Shown piece by piece: positions 11,021 through 25,854 of a stretch of DNA of 64,000 bases. Position numbers and translations under genes: made by a program. The DNA is from the human T2T-CHM13v2.0 reference genome, Homo sapiens: the NCBI RefSeq assembly GCF_009914755.1, contig NC_060939.1; one strand, given 5' to 3'. The first letter of the stretch is position 1; every line of letters starts with the position of its first letter. The notes under the pieces were generated by a model, which was not told the DNA's origin, did not search any database, and was given only the letters and a program-made list of their open reading frames with translations.

Positions 11021-13598
11021 AAGGTAAAGAATATTCAGCCTCTGAATGTACAAATCTGCCTTTTTTTTGGTATTTGTTGGTCTGTGTTTTGTTTTGTCTT
11101 TATCTGTTAGAAGTTGATACTATTTGCACTAGTTGTGAGTGTGACTACAAAGACTAACTTGTGGTCAGTTGCCCCTTTTGAAGCAAGAATTTGCAAAGAC
11201 TGTCTTTTGCTTTGGAGGTCCACTCTCCACATGAGTTTAGTAGAGTCTGTTTATAACTCAAACTTTGAGACTGACTCTATAATATTGTTGGAGTCATTAT
11301 TTCCACATTGATTGATCATGAAGCAATCAATCAAACCCCAAATGATTAATCTAATTCTGAAGTCTTATTGCTCATACAACCTAACTGTTCAACTACTGCC
11401 AGGGTTGAGACAAAAACAGCTCATATGCTCCAGATCAACTTAGTCTTTGATGACATTGAGATGTGGCACTAGACTGCAAACCATCCTTGACTCTCTGCTA
11501 CCACACCCCTCCCCACACCATGAGGCTTCTCTTCTAATTTCCTGACATTCTCTGCTGCTAACTCTCTTTTCACTTCTATCGCTATCTGTATATGTGCCTC
11601 TATTATAAACTCCACGGAGGTATGATCTTTGTCATACTTCTCTTTTTGTTATCAGGAAAAGCACAAATTGGCATATCAGAAGGAATTTAGGGTAAAGCTA
11701 TAAATGCCCTCAAATGCACCTGTGACCTAATGTGGCTCAATTATCAACTCCTCCTGAAGTATAGTAGGTTCTATATCAGGAATTTTCTGCATCAGAAATA
11801 TTTGCTGGATATAAGTTACTTGTATGCCATCAACATGAGAAACGTTGAAATGGGAGTTTGGAAACCTTTTCCATATCCCATTCTCACACTGACTAGCTGG
11901 GTGAGCTTGTACAAATCATTTCCCTTTGCTGGGCCTCAGTTTCTTTATTGCGTGTAGTGGGCCAGATAATCCTAATTTTTTTTTTTCAATTCTAACTCTG
12001 TAACTCTATGATGCTGTGAAAAACCAGTCTACAGATCCCCTAGTGGAGCACTGTTCCTGGATGGATAATTTACAAAATCTTCAAATAAAACATCCCAATG
12101 ATTTTCTTAAACTTTATTTTATAATTTTAAATAAGTGAAAAGTCTATGAATTTAATTAAGTAACATAAATAAACAGAATAAAAGATGACTGAAGAAGACA
12201 CTAACCTTCTGAGACAAGCTTTTTGTTTGATCCTGTTTTATCATAATGGGCTATGTTTCTCTTAAAGCAAGTGGTATGATGTATATTCTAGGACTGGGAA
12301 TGCATATGGAAAATAATAAAGATTTGAGAAAAGGCAGAAAAAACAGCTATTTGAGGGTTGTGATGGGAAGGGGTAATCCTCAGCTTCTGAGAGTTCTTCC
12401 CAGTTTTGGGACAGGTGTAAGTTGAGGTTGGTTTGATGTTCTTGATATAAAGGGAGTATTTCTTTTACATTTTTGTTTTATTCTAAGTGAAACCCACTGG
12501 AAACTGGATGTTGGTAAATAACATGGTAAAAACATAGTTCAGGCCCTCAGATTATTCATAGTCTAAACAAGATAAAATAGAGTAAGAAGCAACCGTGATA
12601 GTAAGCACATAAAAACTAAAAATATTTTAAGGTTTGACTATATTTAAACATCATAAATTAATAGCATAATGCAAAGCAAAAAAAAAATAGCTTCTGACAT
12701 AAAATGTCTTCCTTTTCTTATTCAAATGATTGACTCAGGCTTTGGATTCCATAGTTAGAACTGAGTGTATGATCAAGAAGAGCAAAAGAGAAATGAGTGA
12801 AGTATAATGGGAAAGGCTCAGAACTAAGAAATAACACACATGGATGCTAATGTTGGCTCTACCACTAACTGAATGGCCTTGAGAAAGCCACGTCCCTTCT
12901 TCGGGTTTTAGTCTCCTTATATGTGCAGTGAGGAAATTGGGCTTGACCAGTGTTTCTCCATCTTCCAAATGTACCAACCTCTGTGAACATTTTCATAGAG
13001 CCCGGGGGTCCCTGGATCCCAGTTTGAGGAATACTGTCTTAAAGTATTGCTCAAGTAGTGCAGTGTGATTATATCAGCCCAAATGCTGGTGTGAAACCCT
13101 GAGATTGCTGTCTGTTATGCGGTGGTCAACGAGATGACTCAAAATTTGCTTATCTTAACTAGTCCATTCAACAAATTTCTACTCTGTGCATCACTATTCT
13201 AGGCATTTTGGATATATCCAAATATATCATGGACAAGATCATTGCTCCAGTGGAGCTTATATTCTAGCATAGAGAAACAAAGTATAAACAATATAGATAA
13301 TAAATAAGAAAATTAATTTTGGAAACAAAATTCAAAACAGATTCATAGGGAATCAAGGACCCCTACAAATACATCTGTGGATTGCAGCTTGAGAAACACC
13401 TGCCAGAATAGCCCTAGAGGTTTGTCACAGATTCGGTGACCTCCCCCCACCACGAATCACCTTTTTCAGAGTGAGCAGCAAGCAGAGAGCGTCTCCACCC
13501 AGGAGCCTAAATGAGCAGAAACTGTTTTAATGGAAGTTTCACCATACGCGAGTAGCAACACAGGATTTTTCTTGCTCTTGCTTTGGTTTGTGACTTAC

Positions 13599-13675
13599 CC
13601 GGTTCCGAAGCAACATGGAGGTGTTTCTAGGCACAGGGCCAAAACTTCATTGCAGGGCTCTGAGAGAGCACAACT
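13599..13675 (-). other. candidate 77-nt internal exon (probably non-coding)
   Basis: minus strand: branch cctaat, then atttttctccag|AGTTG...AACCGG|gtaagt. Confidence 0.4.
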
Positions 13676-14552
13676 CTGGAGAAAAATCATTAAATTAGGC
13701 AAAGATCCAATAGACTTAAATTTTCTGTTTTTGATTGCTTGCTGTGAGGAACACTATGACATGATTTAAAACGATGATTTAATGTAGCAAGAGGAGAGGG
13801 ACTCTAAAAACCAAATAGTGCAGTCATACAGTTCTAATAAAATTAGTCTATTATGTGCAAATTGATTGCTGGTGCTTAGATTTACATGATGTTTATGATA
13901 TCAGAATATCTGACAAAAATTGATGTCAATATTTATGCTTCTATAAATTACTCACACAGCACTATTATGATGGCTTCTAATTAAAGTGGAACCAAACTAA
14001 TTGACCTTTAAATCCAAAGGACTTTGTAACCCAAAACTCATACATACTGGGATGGCAGATTGCATTTACAGGAGAATAAAGAGAGCTTTCAGGGAGTGTG
14101 ATGTCTTACTATGAAAAAATAATTATACATTTTTCAAGAGCTGGTTCCACTAACAGACAGATTTTAGATTTGATTCAACCTGCGTTAAACTGCTGCTATG
14201 TAAGTTCATGGCAAAATGGGTCTGTAGCTTTAAACCTAGGGTGTTTGAATGATTTAATTTTTTTATTTTTGGCAAGAAATATTTGCTCTTTTGCTTTTGA
14301 AGGTCAAATGAGGTAACTGATCAAATCAAAGAATCTCTTTTTTGTTCGTTTTGTTTTAATCTTTTTATTTTGGAATAATTTTATATTTATTGAAAAGTTG
14401 TAGACTAGACTGTGTGCTCCTTGAAGGCAGGGATTATATTTTATTTATTTTTTGTAATCTCCTTTAACACCTGGCACAGGGTCTGATGTGAAGAGAGAGT
14501 GATAGGATTTTATTTGTTTTCTTGAAGAAGACAAGAAGGATAAAAGAGTGCA

Positions 14553-14874
<322 letters not shown>

Positions 14875-16194
14875 TTATAACATAAGATGTTCCTTTGTTA
14901 GTCATGACAAAGTTTGATCTTGGCTTTCCTTGTCCTGTTAGTAGCAAGCCAATATGTTTTGACAAATTTGTTTATTTCAAGTAAATTCACATATTATACT
15001 TTGAAATCATATTTTTAGAAACACTTATAAAAATAATTAATTTGGGGGATTTAAGTAACAATAGAGGAAGAAACCTGATTGTTCGTCCAGGGTCAGAATA
15101 TCAGGATTCTTGCTTTGTTTCTGGCACAAACTCGTTACATGTCCTTGAGCAAACTACCTCTGGTTGAGGATCTTGCTTCCTTAATTGTAAAAAAAGAAAG
15201 GTGAACTCTGTTCTTCAAGGTTCTTTCCAGCTTGAAAGTGCTTTCTTTTCCTCTCTGTGCTCTCCTTGTTTAACACTGCAATTGCGAAGGGGTAAGGGTG
15301 ATGAGATGCCGTTATTATGCTACTGTGTATTTTGATTAATGTAACTAAATTTTGAAATATGTAACTAAAGATTTGTTACATATTTAAAGTTCATCAGTCA
15401 TGGTTTTCACACTTGTGTGCATTTTCAGCGTTCAATTGCAAATCCTTCTCATCTTTGTACTGAAAAGATTTCTATCTGCATTTCAGAGAGGGCTTTTCAG
15501 TTTTGTTATAAAACCTCATTACTTTTTTATTACAGACTTAGTGGAGCCTTCTCTGTTGAATTGAATCATATGATTCACTATTAGCTGGACATTTAATACT
15601 ATATCGTCTTTATATTGTTCAGGATTCTTCTCAGTTCTTTTATTTGCACTTTGGAAATGTCTCAGGAGAAGAAATTGAAAGATGATAGTTCTTTCAAATA
15701 ATTATTCCCTGTCCCAGGAAGATAGTGTTTTAAAGACAATTATTTAAACAAAATATACTACCATTTTCTAATTCTTTTTGATTTAAGCTCCCTACAATAA
15801 TGAATGAGAAGAATGAGAATTAAGCGGTTTAGAAAACAATGTGGTTTTTGGCAAAATCAAAATATTTTTAAAAATCCTTTAAGATCATCAGTGCATACCA
15901 CATGTTTTGTGAAGCTTTTGTAGAATCTCTGAGGTGTCCACCTCTCTTATTGTACTTATTCACATCTCTTCCACTACTCCTTATGGGAGTGCTCTGCCAA
16001 TTACTAGACAGCCCATGTTTGTTGAATGAAATAAAAGGCCCCCAAACATCTATGCAATTATCTAACAAAACTCCCGGGAAGTAGATGTGACATGGCTAAA
16101 CATTATTTTCAGGTTCAAGCTGCTTTTAGAAAGGTCTGTCTTTCCTGCATTAAAGTTTCTGTGCTATTAGAAGTCACTTCCCAATTTCAATGGC

Positions 16195-16748
16195 CTGGTT
16201 CCCTATTGCTGAGTAACAAACTACCCCTACAGTAGGTGGAAACAGTAATAATTCTATTTTGCTTATGATTTTCTGGGTGAGGAATTTAGGAAGGGCTCAA
16301 TGGGGTGATTCATTTTTGGTCTAGTGGCATTAACCTGGACAGTAGCAGGACCATCCACTTCCAAAATGGCTTCATCACTTGCATGAAGTGGCACTGGTAC
16401 CTCAGCACTCCTTGGTCTCTCTCTCTCTCTCTCTCTCCATGTGATGTGCCTTCCTTCAGGGCCTTTCCATGTGGCTTGGGCTTCTATAGCATGGCAGTCT
16501 CAAGAACTGGACTACTTACCTGACAGCTTACTTCCTCCAGAGTGATCACTCCAGGAAGAGCAGGGAGAAACTGCAAGGCTTCTTGTGACCTAGCCTCACA
16601 GAGTGTTACGTCCATACCATTTTATTAGCAAGTAGGTGGAGAACTTCTTGGTTCTTCTGGCATAGACTCTACCTCTCAAGGAAAGAATGGCATGGGCAAA
16701 CAGGGAGGGATGGGATACATAGTGACTAACTAGAGACAAGCTACCACA
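16195..16748 (-). mobile_element. MLT1 (G/H-like) MaLR LTR
   Basis: ctattgctgagtaacaaactaccc...ggaatttaggaagggctc...caagctaccaca. Confidence 0.75.
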
Positions 16749-16975
16749 GTAAGAAAAAAATTATATATATATATTTAGTTGAAAAGCCACAGAGATAATA
16801 TAATTCAACTCCCCTTTTTCTATGGTCAGGCAATAGTCATCAAGCATTTATTGTTCATTTTGATCATTTGCTTTTTGTTTTTTCTCATGTGTGTTCAAGG
16901 CAACTAATAATTCTTTATTTTATTTAAATATGCCCTGTGGAGTTGAAGTCTTTTTGTGTCCATATTTCAATAGAC

Positions 16976-17055
16976 AATAGGTTGAACCGTATAAATTTGC
17001 CACTATTTTGCTTTTTTTGACGAACACAGTGGCATCTCCATGCATTCTACTTAAT
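16976..17055. mobile_element. MADE2 mariner MITE
   Basis: ~80 bp with degenerate TIRs: aataggttgaaccgtataaatttgcc ... ggcatctccatgcattctacttaat. Confidence 0.7.
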
Positions 17056-18881
17056 TGTTTCTGTATTCCCTATTGAGGTAATAAAATGCCCGGTGAATTT
17101 TGTAATGGTATGTGGTGGCAATTTTTTTTTTTTGCGGGTAACGTTGACACATGTCCTCAAATCAATGGCTGTTCACATCCAGACTCATTTGGCAGAAACA
17201 ATAAGTTTCCATGCCAATTCAGAAAGGGAGAGAGGTTCAGGAAGACAAGAGGGTTGAGAGACACATTTTACAATATATCAAATATGAGTAATGATATCTC
17301 AGTTTGTACTTTAAAAAGTACTGGTGATACTTAATCTTTCAATAACACTTTATAGCTTACAAAGCATGTTCTCATTCATTATCTGATTTAATCCTCAAAA
17401 CCTTAGAGGGAGATAATTTTATCCTCATTTGACTGTTTCTGAGTGATTGTGATTTATAAGGTCAGGCAGCTAGAAAGTAGAAGAGCTGGGACTTGAACCT
17501 GAATTAGCAATCTATATAACAGAAAAAAAATGCTGGCTAATTTGTGAATGAAAAAAAATCTTAATTTTGTAGAAGTGTATGATAGCCAATAATTGAAGTT
17601 TACAGATCTAACAATTTCTAAAGATAATTATTGTCAAAAGTTGGCTCATATTTCTTTTAACTTATATTCAACATTCTCCACAATTATCTACTTTTTTAGT
17701 TTTTAAAATCAAATGTGTTAAATAGTCTGTGATTGTAAGTTTTATATACGCACAACCACATATATGTATATCTATACATATACCTACACATACACACATA
17801 CATAGAGTTTTGAATTAGCAAAAGAGAAGAGTCCATTTTTAGGACCAGTGTTTCTGGCAAATGTAAGAATTGATTTGAAATTGAAATGCAATTGAAAATC
17901 TATATAGCCGTCTGTGAAGTATGGATTTTCAAAATAACTACTTTCCAAAATGCATATTAATATTTGAGAGAAGTGGAGAGAATCTTTTATTCTTAGAAGT
18001 CCTTGAAAGAGATCTACTTTAGGAATTATTTCCTCTCTTTGAATCTAGAAAAGACATCTTTTTAAATAAAATCACAGTTCACGGTAACATAGAGTATGTT
18101 ATGTAGCTATTGTGGGCAAAGCAATCCTGGGACCCAGACTGAACAATTTGCTTCTTGCCTAGAGAAAGAGGCATTTGTAAACAGTGTGAAGAGCAGAGCC
18201 GAATTCCGATGGGGCTTTGCTGTTTGTCCTGTCAGTGGAGTCCCTCTTCACCTGATAAAGAAGATACTGCATTCTTCCTTGTTAGCAATTGAAGAAAAAC
18301 CCCAATCCTCCTGCCCACTTCACATTTATGAAACGACTATTTGCCAGTTTCCTATTTGTTTGGGATGATGTAAATAGCAAATAATTCACAGCAACCCTTT
18401 CTTATAATGCAATTAACTGCATCACAGATAAGAAGGATTAAAATTACACTGGATTTTTCTGTGTACAATTTCAGTAAGGATCATACATCCTTAAGGAAAT
18501 TTTAAAACAAACAAACAAACAAAACAAAACAAAAAACCCTTTCACCCTCCTCTCTTGGTCTCAGAAATATGTTTACTGAAGGAAAATTTTATATTGGAAA
18601 ATAATTTGTTCCTCTCCTTCCAAAATGGCTCATTCTTTCTTTGTAGAAACAGATACTCTATTTCAAAATGATCGACATGTGTTGCTCAGTATTTCTTCTA
18701 AAACTGTTGGGGGAAATGCCTTTTATAAATCAGCATTTAAAGAAAAAGCATAGAATGTTCTTAGGTCAACAGTAAATGCATATCTATCCACTTAACGATT
18801 GTAATTTTGAGTGATCTGCTTAACCTTTGAAATTTTGAAAGCTCCTAATCCATTGTTCTATATGCTAATTTTTATGATGTA

Positions 18882-19232
18882 CAGTTGTCCCTTGCTTTCC
18901 ATGGGGGATTTGTGCCAGGACCCTCTCTAACCCCCACAAATGCCAAAATCCATGGATACTCAAGTCTCTTAAATAAAATGGCATAGTATTTGCATATAAC
19001 CTAAGGCACATCCTCTTGTACATTTTATATCATCTCTAGATTGCTTATAATACCTAATACAATGTAAATGCTATGTAAAGAGTTGTTATACTGTATTGTT
19101 TAGAGAATAATGATAAGAAAATAATCTGTATATGTTCACAGAGATGCAACCATCCTTTTTTTTTTTTCAAATTTTCAATTGGCAGTTGGTTGAATCCACA
19201 GATGTAAAACCATGGATATGGAGGACTGACTG
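18882..19232 (+). mobile_element. MER2 (Tigger-family MITE), full length
   Basis: TA|cagttgtccct...ggactgactg|TA; TIRs and TA target duplication. Confidence 0.9.
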
Positions 19233-20079
19233 TATATTCATTCTTAGGCAGAAAATATCTGTCATTGCGAATGTTCTTTTTTTAAAAAAGATACTCAACA
19301 GTGTCCTGGTTTCATAGGTAACTAAAGCAAACTTAATCTGTGAGCCAGAATGCATTGGACATTGTTTCCAGTAGGTCAATAGAATGACGGATGGATTTCA
19401 GCCAAGTTGTAACGGAGGACACACATCCTCTGTTGAAATAGCTGAAAAGACAAATTAATATTGAAGTGTGGAATACTGAATTGGACTGTCTTTCAGTGCA
19501 CAGAAATAGACTATAGTAGATTACGAAAATGAGGCATGTGTACTTCAGGCAACTAAAACAGACTTGCTATGCAAACATGAGGTGGTAGATGAAGACTTGA
19601 ATGTGATGGTTAGAAAAGTGATCATAGTTCAGCCTCCATCATACGCAGTAGAAGGTCACAGAGACACCTTAAATTTTAGGACCTGTGCAAAGACCATTAT
19701 ACACAGATGCTTACTGCTAGATTGGTAGCATGTCTCCATGGTCCATTTTCCACATCTGCAACTCCATGCTAAAATCCTCTTTGTCATTTTTATTGCACTT
19801 TAAGTAGTATGAATTTTTATGGGACATTTTCCAAAATAATTAGGTTAGGGGGGAAGTATCAGTCTCACTCAATAGTTAGTTATTGCAAGAGAAAATAAAG
19901 CACAACAAAATAACACAAAACTTTAAATATTGAGTCAAAATTTTCATAATTTCTATTGAGCACGGGAAAAAAATGTTGAAATTCCTTTAATCTAACACTG
20001 AAAGTACTTCATGATCAGTATAATTTATTTCCTATAACATTTTTATAGATGAAATTCTGGGAAAAAATTACAACTTAAA

Positions 20080-20462
20080 TTTCACTCACTTTTAACTGAA
20101 GTTTAACATTTTCTTTGATTACAAATGTGGCACAATAGTATTAGCAATAATGTGTCTTTGTCACCAGTAGAAATTGCAGATATTTTCATATCACATTACA
20201 GTTGTCGCAGATCTCTCAAAGTAGATTGTTCATAGCTCATTATTGCTTTGAAATTGTTTGTTATTAGACCCACACACATTATTATTATAATACAACACAA
20301 ATTATATTTTTGAATATTTTGATAATGATTTCAGTAGATTTGGCTTCCTTTGCAAATCTACATATTTTATTTTATGCAATATAAGCAAATTTGAGAGGTG
20401 CTCCCCAGACATCACCATATTGCCAAAGAGGTCCACAGTACAAGAAAAGTTAATAATCTCTG
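20080..20462. mobile_element. Charlie1-family hAT transposon fragment
   Basis: gatattttcatatcacattacagttgtcgcagat; terminus gccaaagaggtccacagtacaagaaaagttaataatctctg. Confidence 0.78.
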
Positions 20463-20482
20463 CTTTAGAAAAGCTAACTTGA

Positions 20483-20882
<400 letters not shown>

Positions 20883-21099
20883 TCAATACAGAGTCTGGAT
20901 GTTACCACATCCTCTAGGTTGCCCCAGATTCCACTAGTCAGAATCTGCTCATCTTTCTTTATGTTCCCTCACAATGCGTTTCACATTTCTACATGTAGTT
21001 ATTTCATATTTCATCCTGGCTTTTATTCTAATTAGTTGCTTCTTGCTATGTTTCTGACTGTAGAGTATAAACTTCTTGGAGGCAGGAATATGGTCCTAA

Positions 21100-24000
21100 T
21101 TAGTTATCATTTGATTATAAAATTTAAATCTCATTGTGATTGAAGAATATGTTTCCATACTGATACTTTGGAAGTTATTGAAGCTTGCTTTATGGCTGCT
21201 AAATGACCAAATTTCATAAATGTTCTATTTATGCTTAGAAATGTGGTATAATGTGAAGCAGTTGGGTACAGTTGGGTACAGGCTTGTTAATCATGTGGTT
21301 CAAACCTGTATTCTTATGGGATTTTTTTTTACTGCTTGATATGTCATTTAATTACAGAGGTGTCTTAAAGGGTTTTGCTATGAGGAAGATGTATTAATTT
21401 CGTCTTTTACTTCTGTCATTTACATATACATATTTTAGATTTGTATTATTAGGTACAAATTTACATCGGTTTTAGCTTCCTTGTAAACTATGCCTTTAAT
21501 CAATAGTCAATGATCATTTTATCTCTAGTAATGCTTTTTTTACAATAAATTTTTCTGATATGCATATAACTCAGATGTCAGCTGAATGAGAATTTTACTG
21601 GTATCTTTTTCCATTCCTTTCAATTCTTCTGTGCCATAGGTTTTGGATATGTCTCGTGAAAGTAACAATGCAGAATTTCATATTTTAAAAAAATTTTAAA
21701 AATCTTTGTCTTTTACTGGAGACTGTAGCCAATTTATATTATTTGCATTTGTGTTTATTGATATATTTTGATACATAACATTCTTTTATACTTTATCTTT
21801 GGCCTGCCCTTTGTAGACTTTAATTCCTCTTTTTCTTAAAGTTTGTCTGATTAAGTGAAATGTTTTCTTCCTCATTACATTTTTCTCTACTAATTTGAAA
21901 GTCTTAATTTTACTTATATTATTTTTGTTATTCCCTAGAAAGTTTAACATTTATTCTGAAAAGTCTAAATTTATTTATATCTTTACCTTTGTCTCAAATA
22001 ACATAAGGAATAAAAAAAAGTTTAACCTTCTCCTCTCTTGACTATTTATTTGCTATTATTGTCTTTAATGAGACAATAATGAGCAAATAAATTGTTAAAT
22101 ATCTAAAAATTTAGTATCATGTTAATTTTGCCTTTAGAATTTCTTTTACTCGCTTTTATTGGTATAAATTCTCTCAGTTTTTGTTTATCTAAAAATGTTT
22201 TAAAATTTTTACTGCTTTCCGCTTTTAAATAGTTTTGCTGAGTGGACTAGTATAGACCGAACAAACTGAATTTGGACTTTTATTTTTACTTAACCAATTG
22301 TTAACATTTCATTTTTAGGTAATCTGACCCTATTTCTTTTTCCCCAAGATGATTTTCATCTTTGGTGTCCTGTAGTGTTATACACTGTGTCTAGGTGTGA
22401 ATTTAAAAAAAAATTACTCTGCTTTGGATATATTGAGATTCCTAAATTTGAGGATTTGATGTTTTTCACTCTATTTGAAAAATTCTCAGTAATTATCTCA
22501 TTGAAAACTTTCTTGCTCTTCTCATTCTCATTCTTATCATTCTCTTCTTCTATGTCTTTTGTTAGATATATATTAGACAATCTCTATCTTCCATGCTTTT
22601 TATTTTCTCTCTCATATTTTTCATCTCCCCCTTGTACTGAATTATATTCTATCTGGTAATTTATTTATATTTATCTTCCAGTTCATTATTTTTTTATTTA
22701 GCTGTGTCTAACACATATTAAATTTCTAATTTTAGTTACTATACTTTTCACATTTAGAAATTCTGTTTTTTTTTTAAATCTGCCTGATATATTTTATGTT
22801 TTCGTTCCTTTGTTGTACTATTAGTTTTCTCTTTTATTTGTTCAAATATGTTAATCAATCTTATTTTATATTCTGCTTTCATTAAACATAATATCTGCTT
22901 GTTTACAGGTTTGATTTAATGGTATGTTGTTTCTGCATATTCCTTCTCATGATAGTTTATTTCCTTGTGTAGTTAGTGATTTTTTTTTTGGAAAAAATTA
23001 TGAGCTCATATTCCTTGGACTTTGTATTCCTTGGAGTTTCCTGTTGCTTCTGTAACAAACAATCACATACTTTGTGGCTTAAAACAACATAAATGTATTC
23101 TCTTATAGTTTTGAAAGTTGGAAGTCCAAAAAGGGTTTTAATGGACTTAAACCAAACTGTTAGCAAGGCGGCACTCCCTCTGGAGTTCTCAAAAATAGTT
23201 CCCTTGCCTTTTCCAGCTTCCAGAGCTGGACTTTTTTTTTGCTCTTCTTAACTTCATGGTTTCTTTTTCCATTTTCAAGGCTAGAAGTGTAACATCTTCA
23301 AATTTCCTCCTACAATGTCTTCGCATTACCTTCTGTCTGTGTCAAATATCCCTTGGTCTCCCTATTATTAGGACAATTGTGATTCTATTTAGGGCCCATA
23401 CAGATAATCTAGGAGAATTTTTCCATATTAAAGTTCTTTATTTAATCACAGCTGCAGTCTCTTTTGCTATTTAAGGTAACAATTACAGGTTCTGGGGGTT
23501 ACAACATGGACATATTGAGGGGCCATTATTCAGGCTACATCATAAGTCTTTATTCGTGGAAATTATTTGAGGTCTAGTTTTAAAGTTTTTCCTCCATAAA
23601 AAACTTGTACATCTCCTAGTTTTGCTGGCATTACCAATCCAGGACTAATTTAAACTAAAATGTTACATTTCTTTTGGTCTAGGTAGTTGGCGTGCATGAA
23701 TGAAGCTTACAAGGAATTTTTTGTTTTTATTTTCAATTATCTAGAGCCAAGGCTAAGACAAGCATGTATTTCAACTATTTTCCTTTGTTGGGTGATTTTT
23801 TTTTCTATTTTTCCCAATGAAAGTATTATCCCTTGAATATCCTGGCTTTAGGTGAGTCTTCAATACAACTTCTTTCTTTACTTGGGCCCTAGGCTGTGTC
23901 TCCTGTTTCTGTAGAGGTGTATTTAAACTCTGCTTATAGACAGCCAAAACTGACATATTTCTCCAGGGCAAATGCTGGTTCCATAACTTCCTCCTGTGGA

Positions 24001-24150
24001 TTAGCACCTTCTCTATTTTCCTTCTGACTGCCAAGAAATTCTCTATCAGCATAGCCAATGCTTCACTTTAAAAATATTTTATTCAGCGTTTTTAATTGTG
24101 CCATATTAGCAGGGGATTCTTTGAATGTAGGTTGCAATAATGCCAGAAAC
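21100..24150 (-). mobile_element. ancient L1M, ORF1 to ORF2-start region (interrupted by MLT1)
   Basis: T-rich antisense L1; ORF 22356-22580 contains ORF1p-like KVFNEIITENFSN. Confidence 0.7.
23023..23543 (-). mobile_element. MLT1C/D MaLR LTR nested in L1M
   Basis: gtggcttaaaacaacataaatgtattctcttatagttttg...ggggccattattcaggctac. Confidence 0.82.
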
Positions 24151-24274
24151 AGAAGTCAGGTACTAAAAGAGTGTCTAATTTTTCCTTTTCCCAGTGTAGA
24201 AAACAATGACATCCAAACTGTGACTAATAAAAGTTAAATAAAGACATAGCAGATTAGAGCTTGAAGGAATATTA

Positions 24275-24362
24275 AAGTTGAGTAGTTGTGACAGAGACTG
24301 CATGGCCTGCGAAGCCTGAAGTATTACCTGGCCTGTTACTGAAAAAGTTTGCTGAGCCCTTA
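24275..24362. mobile_element. MER58 fragment
   Basis: gttgagtagttgtgacagagactgcatggcctgcgaagcctgaa...aaaagtttgctgagccc. Confidence 0.8.
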
Positions 24363-25452
24363 TCTAGAGAGTTGTTTTTGACCCCTCCATGAGGCCAGAA
24401 CAGGGATGGTAACAAGTTCATCTTCAGAATCTCAGTTTGTCCTGGGGAGGGAGGGTGTCTTTCCTTTTGGTTATGGGGAACCACTTGGCCTTAAAAGTGC
24501 CTATGAACTTCACGAACTCAGGGCTTACCTACTATGTCTGTTTTCTCTGCAACTACTGATGCAGCTAATGTGCAAATGGCAAGAACGTAGAATATCTTTT
24601 ACTGAGACTATCTCCCTTTCTTTCTGTCAGATTAATTGGCTCATGAGTTGCTGAACTGATAACTTATGGCTTCATGTTGGCTTGCAGATTTAATATGTTT
24701 GGAGGCAAACAAAGAGGCATCTGGGGTGTCATCTTGTCACCACCACCATTTAGCCACACAAATGTTGAAAAGCCACATCAAGTCACTTCCCTCATCTACA
24801 GAAAGAAAGGTAAACTCAGTGACCTGCAAGTTCTCTTTTATTTCAATGCTCTCTGATTATAAAGTCAGAACAAAAAGTGTTATCATTTTCCCAAGATATA
24901 TTTCCTTGCTTGCTCATGAAGATTACATGAGGAAACACATGTAAAGTCCTGAGAACAGGGCTTGGCACAAAATACGTGCTCAATGAATGTTAGCTATTAC
25001 ATTGTTGTTAATACTGCCAAATGCCTCTTAGACCAGATTTAATCTTTTCTTTATGGATAGTAATCCCGCATGTTCACTGTTAAGAATTTGTTTAGTCATT
25101 GGCAGCTCTGGAAAGACATTCTGATCTGCATAAGACAGCATCCCAATGTTCTACATGCTTTCAGAGGGATTGATTAACCTCCCCACTGCTTCTGAGTGCA
25201 TCACCAGCAGGTGAACCACAAGCCACAAAGCATTGAACAAAATCTGCATCTTCAAAAGAAAGAGAAGAATAAAGAAATAACTCTACAACCACAGGCTGGC
25301 TACGTTTCCCTGATGATGCCTACACCCTGAATTGGGAGAAGATAGGGTTATTGTGATGGATATGTTATGACTGTGGCATGCTTATTGCAGAGGTAAAGGT
25401 GATACATAACCACACTTGCTCTAGCTAGAATTCTGATGCCCGACTTGTGTTC

Positions 25453-25850
25453 TGTGTCAGTCAGGGTCCTAGAAGGAAATAATTAGTCCCAGATAGTTAA
25501 AATGAGAAAATATGAATATAAGGAAGAGGCAAGGTTAAGGCAAAGTTAAGAAAACCATCAAGGGATGTTGATGCAGCCAGAGACTAGAAGTAGTGGAAAC
25601 TGTTATTGCCACAAATACTTTCTTTCTGTCTTCCAAATACTGAAGGGGTAAGGGGAGAAAAGAGTGTGATTGGGGCACTGAGAGACCTGGGGCCAAGGAG
25701 AAAGGGCTGCCTGGCAAGGGGGAGTCATGGACTGATGCAGCTAGTTTCAGAGAATTAGGAAAGCAGCAAGAATGAGATCCTCCATCTCTTGTGCCTCCCA
25801 CCCTCTGATTTCTTATGGAGTCTCCCATTAGCTGAATTCAGTTGGAAAGT
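25453..25850 (-). mobile_element. LTR33-like ERVL LTR
   Basis: tgtgtcagtcagggtcctagaaggaaa...gttaagaaaaccatcaagggatg. Confidence 0.6.
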
Positions 25851-25854
25851 GGTA

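Noticed and set aside
19441-19497. Imperfect hairpin (miRNA-like) overlapping a minus-strand splice acceptor
   Set aside because: Stem is AU-rich and bulged, and no good downstream donor was found.
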